A DNA stretch of 64,000 nt, taken from an uncultured Acidimicrobiia bacterium (GTDB lineage Bacteria; Acidobacteriota; Terriglobia; Versatilivoradales; Versatilivoraceae). The stretch covers positions 9,133-73,132 of the forward strand of contig CAVVYL010000060.1 in NCBI GenBank assembly GCA_963752385.1, in the 5' to 3' direction. Below are positions 10,439 through 20,609 of the stretch, piece by piece (position 1 is the stretch's first letter; each line of letters begins with the position of its first letter). The position numbers and the translations under genes were made by a program. Below the pieces are notes generated by a model. The model was not told the origin of the DNA, made no database searches, and saw only the letters and a program-made list of their open reading frames with translations.

Positions 10439-12154
10439 ATGGTTCGAATCGGGTCGGCATTGTTCAACGCAGATCACACCCGCCTTGGAGACGAGTTGCT
10501 CCGGGCAGAGGCTGCTGGGATTGATTTTTTTCACTTTGATGTCTTTGACGGGTACTTTGTGCCCGACCAGGCGTTTCCGGCCCGAACAATCAAATGGCTG
10601 CGGCGGCTGACGAAGCTGCCGTTTGAGGTGCACCTGGCCGCCAACGATCCGGTTCGCTTCCTGCCCGCGTTGGCAGACGCTGGTGTGGACCTGGTATTTC
10701 TTCCAGCTGAGAGCGTCGCGCTGCTCTACGAAACCATCTTTACCGTCCGCGAACAGGGAATGAGGGTGGGGTTGTGTCTGGCTCTCGGCACTCCGCTGGC
10801 GCTGCTGGATTCCACGTTGCCGATGATTGACTCGGTGCTGCTGCTGGGGCGTGTCACGGGCGAGGGCAAGCGCGGCCGTGACTTCAATCGACTTGTGATT
10901 GAGCGTGTGCGCCAGGTGCGCCAGCGCAGCGATGTCGCGGGAGGCTTGATCGACGTCCAAGCCGCCGGAGGCCTCGAAATAGCAAATTGCGCCGAGGTCG
11001 TTCAGGCGGGGGCCACTTCTCTTCCCCTTGGCGCTGCTTTGCACCGGGAGGCTGACATGGCCCTCTTCGTGTCGCGACTTCGCCAGTGCATCGGGAAAGG
11101 ACTCGAGGACCTCGGGTCGCAGATCGTGGATCGAAGTGCCTCTCGCGATCTCCAAGCTGCAATCCTAGCGCCTGCCAATGCCGCCCGCGGGGCGGAAGCG
11201 CAGACCTTTAACGTCCTGGTGGCTTCGCGCTCCTTTGGCAAGAACTGCCCAGAGGTTCTGGAAAGGATGAAGGCTGCGGGATGTGCCTTCATGCCGAACG
11301 ACTATGATCTTGCGCCCAGTGAAAAAGATCTGCTCGCGCTCATTCCAGAAGCCGACGTCTTGATTTCAGGGACGGAGCCCGTGACCGCCCGCGTGATTGC
11401 TGCCGCACGACGCTTGAAAGTCATCTCGAGGCACGGCGTCGGATTCGAAAATATCGATCTGGCAGCGGCAAGGGAGCGCGGAATTCGCGTTGCGATTGCA
11501 GGTGGAGTCATTGCCGATTCGGTAGCTGACATGACCCTGGCGCTGCTGCTCGCCCTGGCTCGCCAGATTCCTCAGGGCAATGCGTCTGTGAAGCGGGGTC
11601 AATGGCAGCGCTTTGTCGGACCTGAGCTCCGCGGCAAGACGCTCGGCTTGGTGGGACTGGGGCAAATTGGGCGATCCGTGTGTGTTCGAGCCAAGGGGTT
11701 CGGCATGCGGCTGGTTGCCTATGACTTGTGTCCCGATCGAGCTTTCGCAGCTTCGTGGGGGGTGGAGTATCGCGCTCTCGATGAGTTGCTCGGCACGGCA
11801 GACTTCGTCTCACTCCATTTGCCGGTCACCGATGAAACCCGACACCTGATCAACTGTGAGAGGCTGAATCGTATGAAGCGGGGCAGCTTTCTAATCAACA
11901 CCGCGCGGGGCGAGTTGGTCGACGAGGCGGCCCTCTATGAAGTTCTCAGCAGCGGCCACCTGGCCGGAGCCGCTGCCGACGTGTTCAGCACCGAGCCCCC
12001 CGGTGAAAACCGGCTGCTTCAACTCGAGAATTTCGTGGCGATGCCTCACAGCGCCAGCCAGACTCCGGAGGGTTTGCGTCGGATGGGAGAGATAACGGCC
12101 GAGAACGCCCTGCGGGTCCTCCGGGGCCAAGAACCACTGTTTTTCGTCGCCTAG
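10439..12154 (+). CDS. fusion protein: ribulose-phosphate-3-epimerase-like (RPE/AlsE family) N-domain plus D-isomer-specific 2-hydroxyacid dehydrogenase (PGDH-like) C-domain
   Basis: N-half …[20 protein letters not shown]… is RPE-family. C-half …[12 protein letters not shown]…[14 protein letters not shown]…[11 protein letters not shown]…AAADVF… shows the 2-Hacid_dh NAD-binding and catalytic motifs. Both halves lie in one uninterrupted ORF starting at the ATG at 10439. Confidence 0.6.
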   Translation: MVRIGSALFNADHTRLGDELLRAEAAGIDFFHFDVFDGYFVPDQAFPARTIKWLRRLTKLPFEVHLAANDPVRFLPALADAGVDLVFLPAESVALLYETIFTVREQGMRVGLCLALGTPLALLDSTLPMIDSVLLLGRVTGEGKRGRDFNRLVIERVRQVRQRSDVAGGLIDVQAAGGLEIANCAEVVQAGATSLPLGAALHREADMALFVSRLRQCIGKGLEDLGSQIVDRSASRDLQAAILAPANAARGAEAQTFNVLVASRSFGKNCPEVLERMKAAGCAFMPNDYDLAPSEKDLLALIPEADVLISGTEPVTARVIAAARRLKVISRHGVGFENIDLAAARERGIRVAIAGGVIADSVADMTLALLLALARQIPQGNASVKRGQWQRFVGPELRGKTLGLVGLGQIGRSVCVRAKGFGMRLVAYDLCPDRAFAASWGVEYRALDELLGTADFVSLHLPVTDETRHLINCERLNRMKRGSFLINTARGELVDEAALYEVLSSGHLAGAAADVFSTEPPGENRLLQLENFVAMPHSASQTPEGLRRMGEITAENALRVLRGQEPLFFVA

Positions 12155-12158
12155 GGGC

Positions 12159-13652
12159 ATGATGACTCCAAAGATATCCCGGTTTCCGTCGGCTCCAGTG
12201 CGTTTCCGCCAGCGGCGGCTGCACTGCGTCCGCTCTGTTCTGGTTGGGTTGGCGATCCTGGTCGCGGCACTTCCTTGCTTAGCGCTGCCTCGTCTTAAGG
12301 TTAGCGGGAACCGGCGGTTCCTCGTCGCGGAGAATGGGGAGCCCTTCTTCTATCTGGGTGATACGGCCTGGGAGCTGTTCCATCGGCTCAATCGCGAAGA
12401 AGCGGAACGCTACCTGAAGGACCGCGCAAAAAAAGGGTTCACGGTCATCCAGGCGGTGGCGTTGGCGGAGCTGGATGGGCTGAATGATCCGAATCCTTAC
12501 GGTCACCGTCCTCTGGTGAACAATGATCCGACTCAGCCGGATGTCAGGGAAGGAAGGGACAACGACTACTGGGATCATGTGGACTTCATCGTCAGCAAGG
12601 GAGAATCTCTTGGACTCTACATTGGTTTTCTGCCGACCTGGGGTGACAAATGGAACAGACGGCAGGGAGCCGGTCCGGAAATCTTCAACCCTCAAAACGC
12701 AGCTGTGTATGGCACATGGCTAGGGCAGCGTTATCGGAGCTCTGCGAACATCATTTGGATTCTGGGCGGCGACCGGCCAGTGGAAAGCGACACCCATCGA
12801 GAAGTAATTCGCGCCATGGCGCAGGGCTTGCGCAAAGGGCATGGCGGTGCACACCTGGCGACGCTGCATCCGCCGGGAGGCGAGGGTTCCTCGCGCTGGT
12901 TCCACGAAGACGAGTGGCTGGATTTCAACATGCGCCAGAACGGTCATGTCACGGAGTTCAACCCGCGCTACGAAGCGACCCGAGCCGATTACGAACGCGT
13001 GCCTGTCAAGCCGGTGCTGGATGGGGAACCGATTTACGAAGACCACCCGATATCGTTCAAGGCCCAAGAGCTGGGCCATTCTGTGGCAGCCGACGTCCGG
13101 CGGCCGCTCTATTGGGACCTGTTCAGCGGCGCGTTCGGGCACACCTATGGCCATCACTCGGTTTGGCAAATGTGGCAGCCGGGCCGCAAGCCTGTCAACA
13201 GCCCGCTGATGCCGTGGTTTGAAGCGCTCGATCAGCTCGGCGCCAGCCAGATGCAGTACGGTCGCAGGCTCATCGAGTCGCGGCCCTTCCTGACACGAAT
13301 TCCGGACGACTCCGTGATTGTTCCTACGGATCCAGCCTCTTCCGTGCCTGGAGCAGGGCTGAAGCGCTTTGCCGCCACCCGCGATGCCGAGGGCAGCTTC
13401 GCTTTGGTTTATGCTCCAACCGGAAGGCCCTTTAAGGTGCGCATGGACAAGATCCGCGGCGCGCTCGTGAAGGCGTGGTGGTACAACCCGCGCGACGGCG
13501 AATCCACGGTGATCGGAGAATTCTCCAGCGCCGGGCAGCGAGAGTTCGTTCCCCCGAGCTTGGGAGAGAACATGGACTGGGTGCTCGTTTTAGACGATGC
13601 TGCCCGGGGTTTCCCTGCGCCGGGAAAAGGCAAAGCCAAGAAGACGCCGTAG
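12159..13652 (+). CDS. glycoside hydrolase family 140-like (DUF4038) with C-terminal collagen-binding-like domain
   Basis: …[43 protein letters not shown]… is the characteristic DUF4038/GH140 N-terminus. It has a signal-like N-terminus and is 497 aa. Confidence 0.55.
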   Translation: MMTPKISRFPSAPVRFRQRRLHCVRSVLVGLAILVAALPCLALPRLKVSGNRRFLVAENGEPFFYLGDTAWELFHRLNREEAERYLKDRAKKGFTVIQAVALAELDGLNDPNPYGHRPLVNNDPTQPDVREGRDNDYWDHVDFIVSKGESLGLYIGFLPTWGDKWNRRQGAGPEIFNPQNAAVYGTWLGQRYRSSANIIWILGGDRPVESDTHREVIRAMAQGLRKGHGGAHLATLHPPGGEGSSRWFHEDEWLDFNMRQNGHVTEFNPRYEATRADYERVPVKPVLDGEPIYEDHPISFKAQELGHSVAADVRRPLYWDLFSGAFGHTYGHHSVWQMWQPGRKPVNSPLMPWFEALDQLGASQMQYGRRLIESRPFLTRIPDDSVIVPTDPASSVPGAGLKRFAATRDAEGSFALVYAPTGRPFKVRMDKIRGALVKAWWYNPRDGESTVIGEFSSAGQREFVPPSLGENMDWVLVLDDAARGFPAPGKGKAKKTP

Positions 13653-13774
13653 TCCACTAGGTGGCGACGAAGTTCACAATTCGGTCAAGTTTGTAGTCCC
13701 GCCTTCAGCCGGCCCTGGTCATCGCCGCCTGAAGGCGAAGGAGCCCTTGCTCCGTGAACCAGGAGAGGAATGAT

Positions 13775-14791
13775 ATGCAGGTTGCCGTGATTCAAGCGCC
13801 CCGTCAGATGCAACTGGAATCCTGGACAATACCCCAGCCCGGGCAGGGCGAGGTTTTGGTTTCAGTGCGAGCCGTCGGGGTCTGTGCTGGGGACCTGTAC
13901 ATTTATCAAGGGAAAAATCCTTATGCCAGCTATCCCGCCGTCGGAGGGCATGAGATCGCCGGCGTGATCGCAAGGGTTGGGGCCGGTGTCGCGGGTTTCG
14001 AGCCTGCGGAGCGTGTTGTCGTCGAACCGTTCATAGGTTGCGGGACCTGCTATCCGTGCCGGGTGGGCAAGTCCAATTGCTGCGCAAGGCTTGAGATCAT
14101 CGGTGTCCACCGGCCGGGAGGGTTCGCTGAATTCCTGACCGTACCCGCGCACAATCTTCATCGGATTCCCGACGGGCTTTCTTTCTCCATGGCCAGTTTT
14201 GCCGAGCCTGTGGCCATCGGTGTCCAGGCCTGCCGTCGAGGACAAGTGGCGAAGGGTGAATACGTGCTCATCCTGGGGTGTGGGCCAATTGGCCTGGCTC
14301 TCGTCGAAGTGGCAAGACAACGAGGCGCCCGGGTTGTTGCCACTGACATCCGGCCTTCTCGGCTCGAGATCGCCAAGCAGCTCGGAGCAGAGACGCTTGT
14401 GGCAGACGACCACTTGTTGTCCAGGGTCCTTGATCAGACCAACGGAGAGGGAGCCCCGGTGGTGATCGAGGCGACGGGAGACAGCAAAGCCATCGAGCTG
14501 ACGGTAGAGCTGGTTGCCGCCGGAGGGAGGATCGTGATTGTCGGGCTCATCAAAAGAGGCATCGGCGTGACTTTCCAGGGTCTGGATTTCACGCGCAAAG
14601 AGATGACCATTGTGGGATCCCGAGCGTCGGTGAGCTGTTTTCCTGAATCGCTGGAGCTTCTGGCGAGTGGGGCAGTCCAGTATCCGAAGGTGGCGACCGA
14701 GTTTACTCTTTCGGAGGCGCCCCGGGTGCTGGCTCAGATGGCCCAAGATCCAGCAGCGGTCCACAAGAGTCTGTTGGTCGTGGAGACTTGA
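13775..14791 (+). CDS. zinc-dependent alcohol/polyol dehydrogenase (MDR family)
   Basis: GHEIAG…, structural-Zn Cys cluster CGTCYPCRVGKSNCC and GCGPIGL Rossmann motif. The ATG at 13775 is preceded by AGGAGAGG. Confidence 0.75.
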   Translation: MQVAVIQAPRQMQLESWTIPQPGQGEVLVSVRAVGVCAGDLYIYQGKNPYASYPAVGGHEIAGVIARVGAGVAGFEPAERVVVEPFIGCGTCYPCRVGKSNCCARLEIIGVHRPGGFAEFLTVPAHNLHRIPDGLSFSMASFAEPVAIGVQACRRGQVAKGEYVLILGCGPIGLALVEVARQRGARVVATDIRPSRLEIAKQLGAETLVADDHLLSRVLDQTNGEGAPVVIEATGDSKAIELTVELVAAGGRIVIVGLIKRGIGVTFQGLDFTRKEMTIVGSRASVSCFPESLELLASGAVQYPKVATEFTLSEAPRVLAQMAQDPAAVHKSLLVVET

Positions 14792-14886
14792 ATGTGGGGG
14801 GAGCCGGCCGTCGTCTGATTGATCTGAAGGTCCAGATCGACGCCGGTGTTCTTTCGCAGTTTCCTATAGGGCTGAACAGGTGAACT

Positions 14887-15636
14887 ATGTTGAAGGCGGT
14901 TTCACGAGATCTAACTTTGGTGGACCAAGCTCTGAACCAGCTCGAGGGCTTAATCCTGGACGGAAGTTATGCACCTGGCAATCGTCTTCCTTCCGAAAAA
15001 GAGATGTCTTTGAAGCTCGGGGTCAGTCGTTCGGTGGTTCGAGAGGCCATCCATAGTCTGATCGCGAAAGGGCTGGTTGAGACGCGCACGGGGTCGGGGA
15101 TTTATGTTCGCGACCTGGGTTCACACCTCGTTACGGAGCCGATCAATCTGTTGCTTCGGTCACGCTGGTTCAACACGGACGAGATTCTGGAAGTCCGGGA
15201 GGTTCTCGAAATCAAAATTGCAGGCTTGGCGGCAGAGCGCGCCCAGGCCCGCGACCTCGAAGACTTGCAGGCGACCATTGATGCCCTCGGCAATCCAAAA
15301 CTGGCCCCGGCGGAGTACGCCCAAATCGACGTCGCGTTTCACAATCGCCTGGCGGCAGCGGCGGGCAATCCGTTATTTACGGTACTCGCGAACTCAATTA
15401 ACGACGTCATGATCAATATCCGGTTGCGAGCATTCAGGGTTGACGGCCCCTTGGTCGTGGAGCGCTCAGCCTTCTATCACGGGCACATCCTCGAGAAGGT
15501 ACGCGCACATGACGTCGAAGGTGCCCGCCGTGCCATGGAAGAGCATCTGGCCGAGGCTCGGGACACGTTACGTCGAGCGGATGCCACTTTTGTCAGAACC
15601 GCACGGCAGGTTGAACTGGAAAGGCCCAGCAATTGA
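14887..15636 (+). CDS. GntR-family transcriptional regulator (FadR/FCD subfamily)
   Basis: N-terminal wHTH …LPSEKEMSLKLGVSRSVVREAIHSLIAKGLVETRTGSGIYV… plus an all-helical FCD-like C-terminus. Confidence 0.75.
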   Translation: MLKAVSRDLTLVDQALNQLEGLILDGSYAPGNRLPSEKEMSLKLGVSRSVVREAIHSLIAKGLVETRTGSGIYVRDLGSHLVTEPINLLLRSRWFNTDEILEVREVLEIKIAGLAAERAQARDLEDLQATIDALGNPKLAPAEYAQIDVAFHNRLAAAAGNPLFTVLANSINDVMINIRLRAFRVDGPLVVERSAFYHGHILEKVRAHDVEGARRAMEEHLAEARDTLRRADATFVRTARQVELERPSN

Positions 15637-15677
15637 GCGAGGGTGCCATGTAGCGAGCAACCTCACTGCCGAGGGAA

Positions 15678-17297
15678 ATGGTATTGAAAGCGCCAAAGGA
15701 CGCCGGTCCGGGCTTTTCAGCCAAGAAAGGAATTGGGGGTATGTTTGATTTGAATATCCACACGGCTCGCCTGATGGCCGCGACGACAGTTCTCCAGCCT
15801 CGAATAACCAAGCCTTCCGTTGGGGCAACAGTTCTTGCCTTGTTCCTCTATTTCAGTCTCGGGATCGGCCAACTGGTTGCCGCCGAACCATTGAAGTTGC
15901 ATCCTGAGAATCCGCACTACTTTCTCTTTCGAGGAAAGCCGACCGTACTGATTACTTCCGCAGAACACTACGGAGCTGTGCTCAACCTGGATTTCGATTA
16001 CATCCGGTATTTGGACGAACTTCAGGCGAAGGGCTTGAACCTGACCAGGATCTGGCCCGGGGGCCCATACCTGGAGGTTCCCGGTACCTTTGACATCGCC
16101 AAGAACACACTGGCCCCTTTGGCGAACCGTTTCAGTTGCATCTGGCAGCGGAGTTCCTCTCCTGGCTACAAGCGCGGAGGAAACAAGTTCGACCTCACTT
16201 CCTGGAACCAAGCCCATCTCGCGCGGCTAAAGGACTTTGTGGCCCAAGCCGGCAAGCGCGGAGTGGTTGTCGAGTTAAGTCTGTTCTGTCCCTTCTACAC
16301 CGAGGATATGTGGAATGTGAGCCCCTGGAAGGCAAGCAACAACGTCAACGGAGTCGGAAACCTGGCTCGCACAGAGACGTTGACGTTGAAGAATGGTGGC
16401 CTTCTGGCTATTCAAGAGGCCATGGTGCGCAAGATTGTTTCTGAGCTTAAAGACTTTGACAACCTCTACTACGAGATCTGCAATGAGCCCTATGTCGGTG
16501 GTGTCACACTGGATTGGCAACATCACATCGCCGAGACCATTGTGGAGGCAGAATCTGCCTTTGCCCAAAAACACTTGATCGCCCAGAACATTGCGAATGG
16601 TTCGACGCAAATCGAGAATCCCCATTCAGCCGTTTCCATCTTCAACTTTCACTACTCACGGCCGCCGGATAGTGTTCGGATGAACTATGGGCTTAACCGA
16701 GTGATTGGCCTTAATGAGACAGGCTTCGACGGTCCTGCCGATGCGACCTATCGCATCCAGGGATGGGACTTCATCCTGGCAGGCGGAGCGCTCTACAACA
16801 ATTTGGACTACTCCTTCACGGTGGAACATCCCGACGGGACATTTGTGCCAGATCCAAAAACGCCCGGCGGAGGGAGCCCGGCTTTGCGTAGTCAGCTGAA
16901 GGTTCTCAAAGATTTAATTCACAGCGTCGATTTCATCAGGATGGCTCCTCGCGACTCTGTCGTCAAAGGAGTATTCCCAGCGGGTGCCACGGCTCGGGCC
17001 CTGGCCGATCAAGGCAAGGCCTATGCCATTTATGTTCATCATGGACAGCCCGGGTACGATCACACGAGCACGGGCACGCGGTCGAGACCGCCGTACAAAG
17101 TGGCTCCAGGTCCGCAACAGGTGGAGCTCGTATTGGACGTGCCGAGCGGTTTGTACCAAGCCGAATGGATCAGCACAAAGTCGGGCCATATTGAGAAGAC
17201 CGAGAAATTCAAGAGTACGAGCACACCGCACACCGTGCGCTCTCCCTCCTACTCGGAAGACATCGCGCTTCGCATCAAGCGTCTCGAGGCTGAATGA
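15678..17297 (+). CDS. glycoside hydrolase family 5-like (cellulase superfamily) protein
   Basis: TIM-barrel GH motifs including …LYYEICNEPY… (NEP acid/base motif) and an N-terminal hydrophobic segment. Confidence 0.5.
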   Translation: MVLKAPKDAGPGFSAKKGIGGMFDLNIHTARLMAATTVLQPRITKPSVGATVLALFLYFSLGIGQLVAAEPLKLHPENPHYFLFRGKPTVLITSAEHYGAVLNLDFDYIRYLDELQAKGLNLTRIWPGGPYLEVPGTFDIAKNTLAPLANRFSCIWQRSSSPGYKRGGNKFDLTSWNQAHLARLKDFVAQAGKRGVVVELSLFCPFYTEDMWNVSPWKASNNVNGVGNLARTETLTLKNGGLLAIQEAMVRKIVSELKDFDNLYYEICNEPYVGGVTLDWQHHIAETIVEAESAFAQKHLIAQNIANGSTQIENPHSAVSIFNFHYSRPPDSVRMNYGLNRVIGLNETGFDGPADATYRIQGWDFILAGGALYNNLDYSFTVEHPDGTFVPDPKTPGGGSPALRSQLKVLKDLIHSVDFIRMAPRDSVVKGVFPAGATARALADQGKAYAIYVHHGQPGYDHTSTGTRSRPPYKVAPGPQQVELVLDVPSGLYQAEWISTKSGHIEKTEKFKSTSTPHTVRSPSYSEDIALRIKRLEAE

Positions 17298-17371
17298 AGC
17301 TGTTGAGTTCGACACCGAAGCGGCAAGGACGACGATGCAGCCGTTGAAGCGGCCGAAGCCAAGGAGCAACA

Positions 17372-18340
17372 ATGAAAATCGCTGTAATTGGCGCCGGAGC
17401 AATGGGGAGCGTCATGGGTGGACTGCTAGCCAAAGCGGGAAACCAGGTGACGCTGATTGAGGTCTCGCAGCAAGTTGTCGAAGCCATCAATAGCAGAGGG
17501 TTGCGCCTTGAAGCCAAGTCCGGCGCCACGGAGACCATCCATGTGCCCGCGACCGCTGAGTCCAGCCGCGTGGGCATCGTTGACCTGGTTCTCGTGTTCG
17601 TGAAGTGCTACCACACAGAAGCGGCAGTACACGCGGCATCGCCTCTGATTGGTCCCGACACGATGGTGTTGTCTCTGCAGAATGGTTGGGGTAACGGGCC
17701 AAAGATCAGCGCCATCGTGGGCGAGCAGCGATTGTTGCTGGGAGTGTGTTACCACAGCGCGACTGTTGCAGGACCAGGACACGTCCGGCACGTAGGGCAG
17801 GGTATGACGTTTATCGGAGAGTTGAACGGCAAAATCACTTCCCGGCTGAAACGTATCACCGAGACGTTTGAGAAGGCCGGGATTGAGGTGACCGCCACGC
17901 CTGCTGTCCTCAAGGAGATTTGGTCCAAGCTGGCGCTGAACGCTTGCACGCTGCCGACCTCAGCCCTGCTCCGTTTGTTCTCCCCTCAACTGATTCAACA
18001 CCAGAGCATGCTCGAACTGATGCGTGCCCTGCTGGGAGAGGTTGTCGCGGTTGCCCAGGCCCAACAGATCCCCCTCGACTTCGATGAGCGCTGGGATGTG
18101 ATCACCGGACTGTTGAAGGGCCTGGCGCCAAGTGCCAAGTCTTCTATGTGTCAAGATGTGGAGAAGGGCCGGCAGACCGAGATCGAAGTGATTAACGGCG
18201 CGATCGTGGAGTCGGGTCGGCGGTTGGGCATCGGCACCCCTTACAACGACGTGATGGTGTGGCTGGTGAAAGCATTGGAAGAAACCTTTCAGCAGCCTGG
18301 GTCGCCAGATCTTTCGACGGTGGAGTCCCTGCGCGCTTAA
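17372..18340 (+). CDS. 2-dehydropantoate 2-reductase family (PanE/ApbA) oxidoreductase
   Basis: MKIAVIGAGAMGS Rossmann start and the KLALNA / C-terminal ApbA_C pattern. AAGGAG ribosome-binding site before the ATG at 17372. Confidence 0.7.
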   Translation: MKIAVIGAGAMGSVMGGLLAKAGNQVTLIEVSQQVVEAINSRGLRLEAKSGATETIHVPATAESSRVGIVDLVLVFVKCYHTEAAVHAASPLIGPDTMVLSLQNGWGNGPKISAIVGEQRLLLGVCYHSATVAGPGHVRHVGQGMTFIGELNGKITSRLKRITETFEKAGIEVTATPAVLKEIWSKLALNACTLPTSALLRLFSPQLIQHQSMLELMRALLGEVVAVAQAQQIPLDFDERWDVITGLLKGLAPSAKSSMCQDVEKGRQTEIEVINGAIVESGRRLGIGTPYNDVMVWLVKALEETFQQPGSPDLSTVESLRA

Positions 18341-18417
18341 CGCGTGCGGTATTGACTGCCCGGAGTCCATTGCGTCCTGGTCAGATTCTCACTGTAGTCA
18401 GATGGAGCAGCTATTCA

Positions 18418-19194
18418 ATGACTCGAATTCGCTTCTTTGGTGTGGCTGCCTACGAACTGACCACCGGCAGGGGCCAGCGAATTCTGGTTGACCCGTTTCT
18501 GGATGAGAACCCGGGCAGTCCCGTGAAATCTCACCAGCTCGAGAAGGTCGATCTGATCGTTGTCTCTCATGCCGCGGCCGATCACCTGGGAGACACCGAA
18601 GCCATTGCTCGGCGCACTGGCGCACCGGTTGTGTGTGGAGGCGAGGTCAAAGCCTACCTAACGGCGCGCGGTGTTCCTGCCACCCAGATCCGTGCAACCA
18701 CTTGGGGAATCGCCGTCGAGGTGGCTGGAATCCGCGTGCAGCCGCTGGAATGCCATCACTGGTCGCAGATTCAGATGCCCGACGGCACGTTTGCTTCAGG
18801 AGTGCCCATGGCATTTGTCATTTACACTGACCCTGGGGTCCGCTTTTACCACTACGGTGATACGGCGATCTTCAGCGATATGAAACTGCAGAGAGAGCTC
18901 TATCAGCCCACTATCGGATGTATTGGAATAGCCAACCCTCTTGAGATTCTGGATCGTAACCCCATGCCGGGGCAGATGCTAACCGCCGAGATGAGTCCGC
19001 GCGAAGGGGCGCTGGCTGCAGAATGGCTTGGGCTCGAGACCGTCCTGCCCTGTCACTACATCAATCCGGACTGCGATCAAGTTCGCGAGTTCAACCTTCT
19101 GTTGGAACAAGCCGGGCGGGACGGACGAAAAGTCCCGCGGTCGTTGGTGCTGAGGCCGGGAGAAGTCTTTGCCGCCCCTCCAGGCGTGATTTGA
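18418..19194 (+). CDS. MBL-fold metallo-hydrolase (UlaG/UPF0173-like)
   Basis: …RILVDPFLDENPG…DLIVVSHAAADHLGDT… (HxHxDH-like motif), about 258 aa. The ATG was placed at 18418 inside the longer ORF 18259..19194 by approximate count. Confidence 0.55.
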   Translation: MTRIRFFGVAAYELTTGRGQRILVDPFLDENPGSPVKSHQLEKVDLIVVSHAAADHLGDTEAIARRTGAPVVCGGEVKAYLTARGVPATQIRATTWGIAVEVAGIRVQPLECHHWSQIQMPDGTFASGVPMAFVIYTDPGVRFYHYGDTAIFSDMKLQRELYQPTIGCIGIANPLEILDRNPMPGQMLTAEMSPREGALAAEWLGLETVLPCHYINPDCDQVREFNLLLEQAGRDGRKVPRSLVLRPGEVFAAPPGVI

Positions 19195-19235
19195 CCGGCA
19201 AGTTGCTCTCATGCGAGGTTGAGAAGGGATCATTG

Positions 19236-19370
19236 ATGCAAGCCGCCGTTATTCAGGCTCCGCTGCGGATGGGTATGGAGTCGCGCCCGCCGCCGCTCCT
19301 GGGTCCCGGTGAAGTGTTGGTTGGGGTCAAGTCGGTGGGTGTCTGTGCGGGCCCGATAGTCTGGTCGCAG
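19236..19370 (+). pseudogene. N-terminal remnant (about 45 aa) of a Zn-dependent alcohol dehydrogenase paralog
   Basis: MQAAVIQAPLRMGMESRPPPLLGPGEVLVGVKSVGVCAG parallels the N-terminus of the ADH at 13775 (MQVAVIQAPRQMQLESWTIPQPGQGEVLVSVRAVGVCAG), then diverges to nonsense. Confidence 0.4.
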
Positions 19371-19437
19371 CTGGCACTCGAGAGCGCCGTCTTTTGCTGG
19401 ACCCGGCCACTCCCACATTCGTCAACAGAGGTGATTC

Positions 19438-20367
19438 ATGCGGCTCTACAGCTTTGAACGTCATGGGGAACAGCGCATCGGTGCCGAACACGACAACCAG
19501 TTAGTGGATCTTAGAGCGGCGGCCGAGGCTTTGGAGCGCGAGCAACGCTCGGCGGGCGGCGCCCAGGCATTCTCTGCAGGCATGCTGGGCCTGATCCGGG
19601 CCGGTGACACCGGCATGAACGCGGCCAGGCGGGTCTTTCAATACGCGCTGGGACGTGACAGGTCCAATCCGCCACTAATGATCCCGCTGGGCGAGGTGCG
19701 CCTGTTGGCTCCGATTCCCCGGCCAGGCAAAATCCTTTGCTCCGGCATCAATTACCTGAGTCATAAGGACGAGAACCCCAACGCCGTTCTGCCTGAATCT
19801 CCTTTCTTCTTCTCGAAGCTGCCTTCCGCGGTGATCGGTCCAGGAGCACCGATTGTCCATCCCAGGGCCACGCGACAGATGGATTACGAGGTGGAGCTCG
19901 CCGTGGTCATTGGCAAGCCCATGCATCACACTCCTGAGGAGGCAGTGATGGCAAGCATTGCCGGCTATACGATCTTGCACGACGTTTCCGCTCGCGATGT
20001 CCAATTCAAAGACAACCAGATCACTCTGGGAAAGAATTTTGACACCTTCGCTCCCATGGGACCGTGCCTCGTCACGACCGATGAGCCAATCGAACCGGGC
20101 AACGTGCGTCTTCGTACGCTGCTCAATGGCCGCGTGATGCAGGACGGCTCCACACGCGACTGGCTATTCCCACTCCCCAGGCTGCTTTCGCTCCTCTCAC
20201 AGGTGATGACTCTGGAGCCGGGTGACGTTGTGAGCACGGGGACTCCTGCCGGAGTCGGTGTCTTTCGCCAGCCGCCGGTCTTCCTCAAGCCAGGTGACCA
20301 GGTTGTTCTGGAGATCGAGAAGATCGGACGGTTGGAGAATCCGGTCGTTGGGCCGGCACAGACTTAA
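19438..20367 (+). CDS. fumarylacetoacetate hydrolase (FAH) family protein
   Basis: …ILCSGINYLSHKDE…DYEVELAVVIGK…GTPAGVG… are FAH-family motifs. RBS-like AGAGGTGA before the ATG. Confidence 0.75.
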   Translation: MRLYSFERHGEQRIGAEHDNQLVDLRAAAEALEREQRSAGGAQAFSAGMLGLIRAGDTGMNAARRVFQYALGRDRSNPPLMIPLGEVRLLAPIPRPGKILCSGINYLSHKDENPNAVLPESPFFFSKLPSAVIGPGAPIVHPRATRQMDYEVELAVVIGKPMHHTPEEAVMASIAGYTILHDVSARDVQFKDNQITLGKNFDTFAPMGPCLVTTDEPIEPGNVRLRTLLNGRVMQDGSTRDWLFPLPRLLSLLSQVMTLEPGDVVSTGTPAGVGVFRQPPVFLKPGDQVVLEIEKIGRLENPVVGPAQT

Positions 20368-20609
20368 GGCTAGCGCCGGGTGCCTTGCATGCGAGCTACG
20401 GGAAGGCAAGATGATACACGGCCCAGAATTTTTCTTGCCGGTTTGTCGCGTCTGGGCTTATCAGTCGTATCAGCCATGGATCTTGATCCGATTTGGGATG
20501 ATCATTTTGAAGGAAGAATTCTTAGGAAACGCCTATAGTTGACACGCAATGTGGTAATGCAACAATAAGCTGTTCACTTTGTGCCTTGTGGCTCAATGGC
20601 GGACCACGC

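Noticed and set aside
20539-20560. Perfect TTGACA hexamer upstream of the DUF1553 gene as a sigma-70 promoter
   Set aside because: The only nearby -10-like sequences (TAATGC, ACAATA) have poor match or wrong spacing (10 bp). It cannot be supported without data.
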